Below are positions 56,172 through 64,000 of a DNA stretch of 64,000 nt, one piece after another. Numbering within the stretch: the stretch's first letter is position 1; each line of letters starts with the position of its first letter. This stretch comes from Octopus vulgaris (Eukaryota): contig OX597831.1 in assembly GCA_951406725.2 (NCBI GenBank), positions 63,550,001 through 63,614,000 on the forward strand, written 5' to 3'. Position numbers and translations under genes: made by a program. The notes beneath the pieces are model-generated. The model saw nothing but the letters and a program-made list of their open reading frames with translations. It did not search any database and was not told the DNA's origin.

Positions 56172-56208
<37 letters not shown>

Positions 56209-56734
56209 GGTTCTCGTCGCTCCTTTTCATTATTATTACTCACAGTGATTAACATCCTTCCCTCGCTGCCCTCTGATCCAATTTACTTCTAATAAACTTA
56301 TAATTATCCTACTTGGGCCATCGTTAATCTCTGTCTTCAGGTAAAATTATTAATCGCGTGCACACACTTACACACACACACATATACACACACACATACA
56401 CACTCATACACACACGCATACAATCAAATAATTTATACACACGCATGTACATTCATACAGCACAATTATACCACATATACATACCGTGCATACACACTTG
56501 TTCATGTTATCGCTTCTTCACGCCGTCGTTTATGGCTCACTCGAGTATTTTGCGCGTAAATTGAAAACAGAAAAATATTAAAGACAGGCAGGTGTGAGTG
56601 CATATAATAGCGCGCACAAATCTCTCACTCTACGTACACACAAACACACACACAGTCACACACACACACACATACACACACTCGCACACATATTTGCATA
56701 TATGTGTGTGTATATATATATCTATATATATATG

Positions 56735-56765
<31 letters not shown>

Positions 56766-56790
56766 GCATGTATGTATATATATATGTATA

Positions 56791-56833
<43 letters not shown>

Positions 56834-56858
56834 GTATGTATGTATGTATATATATATG

Positions 56859-56894
<36 letters not shown>

Positions 56895-58864
56895 TATATG
56901 TATATATATGTATGTATGTATATATATATGTATATATATGTATGTATGTATATATATATATATGTATATGTATGTTTATATATGTATGTTTATGTATGTA
57001 TATATATATATTTGTGTGTGTGTGTGTAACAGTTCAACATTTCATGCGTTGTTTCAGACCCTGCAAACTAGTGATGGTATCAGGTACATCATTATAACTG
57101 GACGGGTCGGCTAGGTTTGTGAAATATTTATTTATATTTCACTTCATAAAATCGTTTCTAACATTTTAGTTCTCGTCCTTTAATTTTTTTTTTTCGTTCT
57201 TCCTTATGTATTTCTTTTTATTTTATTTTATTCTATTCTGTTCTATTTTGGACGAATTTGAAAACAAAATGTCAAATCCCTCACCTTAATGTGTCCGTGT
57301 GTGTGTGTATGTACATAAGTGTTAGTAAAATATGCGTATGTCCGTGTGGGCAAAGTGCCCGTATGTCTCTACATATGTGTGTGTGTGTGTGAGCATATCT
57401 ATGTCGGTTTGTGTGCTGTATAGTGTTGTTGTTGTTGCTGTTTCGCTCCAGGTCAGACGTGACTGAAGAGACATAGCAGAATCGTTCCAGTCACAACCAC
57501 CTCGTCGTTATTTTTTTTCAGGACAATATTATCCGGTGTGCTCTCCCCGTTTACGAAGGTGCTAAGGAAGGTGTTCTCTGAGGGAGATTCTAGCTGTTGT
57601 TTCTAGCATATTGAGCGTCTACGTAGATTATTCTTCTGCTAGGCGTGTATAACAGTGTACATATATGTGTGTGCTTGTGCGTATGTACATCCGTAGTTGC
57701 GTTATACGTGTGATTGTATGTATGAGAGCGCGTGCGTGTATGTATGTATGTATGTATGTATGTATATATGTATATATATGTGTTGTGAGTGTGTGTGTAT
57801 GTATATATGTATGTATGCATTGTGAGTGTGTGTGTGTGAGTAGTAGCTTTACTCCCTTCCATGTTGCCATCATCTACTTGTTGTTTACTGTAGGTCCACC
57901 CGGATCACTCAGATCTATGAACAGACATTCCAACCGTGGCTATTCCATTTCAAAAAGAGTATCTATGACTGCAATCCCCAATGTGTCCTTTATCTAACAC
58001 AGCAAAGTGTTTGTGCTTCGATAGTGATTTCCCAGGCTGCTGTTTCTAGCAGATCAAGCGACCAGCTTGCGGCTCCGTTCCTGGGTTGATCTACACTGGA
58101 TCGACATATCCATACATACTTAGGTGTATTTTCATAATTTCTGTCCTTTAGCCTAACGAAGAAACAATTAACCACTACCATCATCATCATCATCATCATC
58201 ATCATCACCATCGTCGGCGGCGGCGACGCCAGGTGTGGAGCGGCGGCGTCTTCCTCATCGCCAACATCATCTTTACCACTTACCACCAACATCAGAAATA
58301 ATAACCAAATCCCCCTTAAGTCACAACATATTGTGTTAGATTGTGTAGGGGTTGCTTGAATATAAGGAGGGAAAAAAAAACTCAGATGGATTGGTCATGA
58401 CTGAAAGGTGGAAAGCCGTTAATCAAGAGGGGCGGGCTGGCACGAGGCAGCAACTGCATAGCTACCGTCCTCCTCCTCCTACTCATCATCATCATCATTA
58501 TCATCGTCATCACAGCCACCACAATTGTCATCGCAAACTGCCGCCATCACCACCACCACCACCACCAATAAATAGTAACGACAACAAACTGCAGCTATAC
58601 AGAATGAATGGTGATAAACAGCTTCTTAACTGCCAACTAAAGTTTGTGCTTTCTGCTAGCTTGTTTAAGTGAAGAAACGCTGCGGTTTTCCTTAAGCTCG
58701 GCTCGTTTTGCCTGATTGACTGCAGCTATAAAAATGTTCAGGCTGGTGAATTTCAGCTTGGAAACCGTCACGCTTTCTTACTAGCTGTTTCTTATTTTCA
58801 GAATAATTTCTACATTCAGTATTATTCTTAGCATTATCTTTTTAATTTAATTTCATTGCTTTAG

Positions 58865-58873
58865 GTTTGCGAG
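58865..58873 (+). CDS. candidate 9-nt frame-preserving microexon (GTTTGCGAG)
   Basis: U-rich tract ...TTTCATTGCTTTAG| acceptor and GAG|GTGAGG donor; phase 1-1 compatible with the 55333 donor. Confidence 0.25.
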
Positions 58874-58968
58874 GTGAGGTTTTGGTGGCGGAGAGATTCA
58901 TATCGTCGTTCAAATTCACTTCAAGATACACAAACACACACACACATACACACACTCATACACACACA

Positions 58969-59014
<46 letters not shown>

Positions 59015-59296
59015 TATATATGCATATATTTATGTATATGTATGTATATATATATGCAAACATTTATGCATATATGTACACGTATGTATATAATGTATAT
59101 TCCTATATAAATATGTACACATTTATATATATATAATTATGCGTGTGTATATACATGTGTGTGCGCGTGTGTTTGAGTGTATGTCTATTACACACACCTA
59201 ACAAATTTTGAATTCAATTTTTATTAATTTTTTTATCGTTCGAGGAGACAGTAGGAATAGAAAGCGTTACGTAGCCGTTCTAACCTCACACACACA

Positions 59297-59331
<35 letters not shown>

Positions 59332-59511
59332 TGTCAATGCATATGTCCATCTATTTATCTGTCCATTTGTCCATTTATCTATCGCTCTTTCCGTCCCATA
59401 AATCAGGGCTCGCTCTAGAGTGCTCGAGACTGAAATAGTACTGATATCGATTGGCTAAAATCTTTGATGCGGTACCCCAGCATGGCCGCAGTCCAGTGAT
59501 AGAAGCCACCT

Positions 59512-59545
<34 letters not shown>

Positions 59546-59869
59546 TGTACCGTCTAATAGGAGATGAAATTGTCCATACACATCTCACACCTATCTGATA
59601 TTAAAATGGAAAATTTTGTTGTTTTGTCGGGTAGCAACAAGTAGACCGTATTTGAGTAGATTTATGATCAAAGACGCTCCACCCATAGCCATCATGCTAT
59701 TATTTCTAACAGTATACCCTGGACCACATTATATGATATGGAAAGGGATTTCTCTGCCATTTTTAGCCGGTCGCCTAACTAGAGGAGACAGGTTCTTTTA
59801 TAGTCCCAAGTGGGAAAGTCTTAAGGTGAGTGAGGTGTTTAATTAAAATTTGAAACATTTAAAAGCCGT

Positions 59870-60870
59870 GGGCTGGCAGAATCGTTAATGCTTCGAACAG
59901 AATCACTTGTGTCTCCACTGTCTACGCCTTGAGTTCAAATCCAGCCGAAGCCAACTTATTTTTCCTCACTCCGAAAATCGATAAAATAAAATATCAGTCA
60001 AGCACTAAGGTCAATTAATCGACTAACACTCTTCCCCCAAAATTATGACTAAATTAAAAACCATTTGTATAACAGCAACTGTTTAGTCAGTTAAATAGCT
60101 GAAGCGTCGAACAAAATGCTTTATGGTATTTAGTTACGGTTCTTTAGATTCTTAGTTCAAATCCTGCCGAGGCCAACCCTACTTTCCATTTTTTCGAGGT
60201 CGATAATTGGTGGTATCGACTAAACCTCCGTCTAAAATTTCAGGCCGTTTGTCTAAGCTAGAAACAATTATTTTTAATGTTGGAACAGTGGTTTACCAGA
60301 ATCTTCAAAGTGTGTCTTCACGTTCAGATCCGCCAGCAGCCAGCTTTGGTTTTCATTTTTTCTTAAGCAATAAAATAAATGACTGAGGTCAATGTAATCA
60401 TCTTCTCCACTCTCTGAAAACAGATAGCTTTGTGTCGACAGAAGAAATTATAATAATCATTGTTATGAAGGCAGTGTTTAGCAGCATTTGCTCCGGCTCT
60501 TCACGTTCTGAGTTCAAATGCCTCCAAGGTTTACTTTGCCTTTCATTCTTTCGGGACGAATAAAACAAGAACCATTGAAGTAACGATGTAATTGTCTTGG
60601 CCCCCTCCTATAAAATTTCAGGTTTGCTTTTTTTTTTCTTAGGTAGAAAGAGTTATTAAGGCGGAGAGCCGTCAGAACCGTTAGCGCATAGGACGAAATG
60701 CTTAGCATTTCGTCCGTCTTTACGTTCTGAGTTCAAATTCCGCCGAGGTCGACTTTACTGTTCATACTTTTGGGGGCCAATGAAATAAGTATCAGATGAG
60801 CAGTGGGACTGATGTAGTCGACTAGTCCCCTCCCCTGAAAAATTTCAGGTCTTATGCCTAAATAGAAAGG
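59870..60870 (+). mobile_element. tandem cluster of about 5 third-family SINE copies
   Basis: Repeated GAGTTCAAAT...GAGG(T/C)C(G/A)ACTTT...GATAAAATAA motifs. Confidence 0.75.
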
Positions 60871-60909
60871 ATTGTCATCATTATCATCATCTTTAGTACT
60901 AGTAGTAAC

Positions 60910-60966
<57 letters not shown>

Positions 60967-61675
60967 TGTTGTTGTTGTTGTTGTAGTGTGATGGTGGTGG
61001 TGGTGGTGGTGTATAAGTAAAAGATTAAGACTTTCAATTGTAGAAGAAGCTTTAATACGAATCCAAGATTAAAACTAAAAATAAATGGTCGCAAGGATTT
61101 CTATAAGACTCCGTCCAACTCATTATTCTCACATCGGTCCAAACGTTTCTAATTAGCGACTGACTGACCCCACCCAAAAATAATATTATCTCTAATTAGC
61201 GACTGAAGATGACACCCAACAGCTCAACATTATCGTTTTGTAAAAAGTCTTATCTTTTCATTTTGGACACTCTGTGTCATTGATTTTCATTCATCGCTCT
61301 ACAGAGACCTATGCGCGCCCCATCTCACTCCCGTCCTCTCTTTCTCCTTATTAAAAATCATTCATACTCTCTCACACATACATATTTGTGTACGCATATA
61401 TAAGAAAGAGTTAAGGAAAGACCATAATAGTATAATCATGTTATTGTCCCCTGGACAGTTTTTATGATCGTGACTCAGTCTCTGCTCCCCAAAACAAGTC
61501 TTTCTTGATTTGTTACCTATTGATGGGTCCCACCCCTCTCAACTTCCAAACTTAAAATCGCATCGAAATGAAAGCACTGCATGTGTATGCGTATAATATA
61601 TGCGCATCTGTTTCACACTGTAGTTTATTATGCATTTCTGTGTGTGGTGTGGTGTATGTATGTGCGTGCGTATGT

Positions 61676-61707
<32 letters not shown>

Positions 61708-61857
61708 AGCCAGAACATTTTCTCCCACCTAGATTACTTGCCGAACTTTAATTTGATAGACGGAAGAATTATTCAATACATTTTAGCAGAGTAGATATCC
61801 ATTAAACTTCTACAAGAAGACGACTGACAGTGACCTCTAAGTTTCAGCATGCCAGCC

Positions 61858-61901
<44 letters not shown>

Positions 61902-63104
61902 GCGTGTGTGCATTTAATTTTATATATATATTTCTATATGTAATGCTCAGTTTAGAGTGTATCTTCTTACCTTAAAGTTATGCTCTACCTCCAATATATT
62001 TTCCTAACAACCATTCGTTGCCTCTTTATAATCACACAAAAAAAAAACGATCAAAATATTTCTGAAATGGAGGTTAATTTCATTGCAGTCTACGTTAAGT
62101 GGTTGCAATGAGAGTTATTAAGTTATTATATTCACACTCAAAACTAACAATAAAATCATTGTTCGTGAAAGGAGGTCGGACGAGAGAGTATTTTAACTAA
62201 GCAATATAACTATATAAGCCTCTTCATAGAAGTGACCCATCACACAAGGTCTGCGTGCGATAAGAGAATTAGGAGCTGTTGCTTCTCGTCTCTGTCTCTT
62301 TGGTGATTGTAGGTCATCTTTATCGCTTAGTCAGGACAAAATACAGGATCGATGACCTTATACAGGACCACTGAGACTGGGTAATATCCTCAAAATAAGT
62401 AGGAAACATCCTCAAACGAAAAATTTAGTCCGAATCCTTGCAGCATAGTGGACTCCGTTAACAACGTCTAAGGATCATGTGTTTCCGTTAAGTCTAGCGG
62501 CGAATTAAGTCTATTCAAGGAGGTCACTGCATTTGAACTCAGAATGCAATGAACCGGAACAAATTTCGCAAGACATTTCATCCGATACTCTAGCAGTTTC
62601 ACAACAAATCCCAGCCCAACACTGGCAACTTATTTAGAGACCTCTGAAGAAATCCGCGGTAGGATTTGATCGCAGAATTCAAGTTGCCAGGAGAACATAA
62701 GGAGGCGAGTAATGACTGCAAGGCATTTCGCCCGAAGCTCAAATGACTTTGCCCATTCGCCATAGCTAAACACATGAATATTTTGAAGCTCAGTTTCTTC
62801 ATCAGGATGCCCTTATACCTTATGGCATTATGGGAGCCAAATGTTGAGGATTAAAATACTCGATTACCAGTATTGTTTACTATAAATAACTAAAGCAACA
62901 TCTTTATGAGTTCCTTCCCTGTTCTGTTCCAGGTTATTCATATAAAACTAAGCTATTGACAAATTTTAAAGCCATCCTAACAATTAGTGGTAGTTGTGAT
63001 TTTTTTTTTTACTATCTGGTGGAGATATATGAACATATTCGACAATCCTTTAGAGAGGCAGGAACGTAAAATGTCTAAGAACGTGGACCCACAAATAATC
63101 CTTT

Positions 63105-63512
63105 CTTCTCTAGGCACAAAGCTTGAAATTTTGGGGGAGTGGGTTAGTCGATTACATCGACCCCAGTACTCCACCGGTATTTATTTTATAGACTTCCAAA
63201 GGATGAAAGGTAAAGTCGGCGTCTGCGGATTTGAACTCAGAACGTAAAAGCAGACAAAATGCCGCTAAGCATTTTGCCTTGCTTGCTAACGATTCTTATT
63301 TCTTTGCTACCCACAAAGGGCCACACAAGGACAGACAAACGGATTAAGTCAATTATATCGACCCCAGTGCGTAACTGGTACTTAATTTATCGACCCCCGA
63401 AAGGATGAAAAGTAAAGTCAACCTCGGCGGAGTTTGAACTCAGAACGTAACGGCAGACGAAATACTGCTAAGCATTTCGTCCGGCGTGCTAACGATTCTG
63501 CCAGCTCGCCAC
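63105..63512 (-). mobile_element. two third-family SINE copies
   Basis: Reverse complement of the family consensus; young-looking copy at 63297-63512. Confidence 0.85.
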
Positions 63513-64000
63513 CTTTGGACTTACTAATAATAGCAGTCAAATTAACCAAGGTGAGATACATTGAGTAGAGTAGTCTTATGTTTTGTCATGTCTTGACGTT
63601 CTAACAAAATAAAAGCAGGTTAGTCGTGATCGGGACGCCTTTCAGCACATTTGCTCTATCGGTTTTCACGTAGAAGCTAAACAACTACAATAATTTGTTG
63701 CTATACATACGAACACATTATGTATACATTTTATTATTGCCGTCTAAATGAAGCCCACCTTTCTCTCCCCCAGTCTATTCAGTCTAATGATGATCAGTCT
63801 CACTCCCCACTTGTTCTGGTGGTCCGTTAAGAACTGGTTGTTGTATGAATAGAGAAGAACATAAAAGCAACAGGTTGTTTTTTTTTTTTTTGGCGCATTC
63901 TTCCTCCTCGGAGTTTATTTTCCTCTGAAAAGAAGTTATTTCTTCTCATATACCTAACTTTGTTCACTTCTCTTTCATTCAATACGACTTTTTTTTCCGG

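Noticed and set aside
62643-62675. CTGAAGA-AATCC...GGATT hammerhead-like start
   Set aside because: No GAAA after stem II and no stem I or III.

Overview
AT-rich animal genomic DNA dominated by microsatellites and retroposons. The SINE types and (AAT)n/(TA)n/(CATA)n/(GATA)n load look like a coleoid cephalopod, probably Octopus; this is an inference from repeat content. Nearly all long ORFs in the track are microsatellite artefacts. The only credible host coding sequence is a signal-peptide-type first exon (55258-55333, +) downstream of an Inr-like promoter in an ~8.5 kb SINE-free zone. The rest is tRNA-derived SINEs, RTE, RLE (R4/Dong-like) and Penelope-like (PLE) remnants, a Tigger-like fragment and a MITE family carrying TTAGGG repeats. 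The most notable signals are these. (1) About seven near-complete and two decayed minimal type I hammerhead ribozyme (HHR) motifs, mostly with palindromic stem III. (2) Two copies of a composite tRNA head-(AAT)n-HHR element, i.e. a ribozyme-bearing SINE possibly mobilised by PLEs. (3) A 359-bp HHR unit bounded by direct repeats, resembling a retrozyme. (4) One SINE head/core joined to five different 3' tails. (5) A MITE flanked by a 231-bp duplication instead of its 8-bp TSD. Everything was read by eye, so coordinates may be off by a few nt and no database search or folding program was run.
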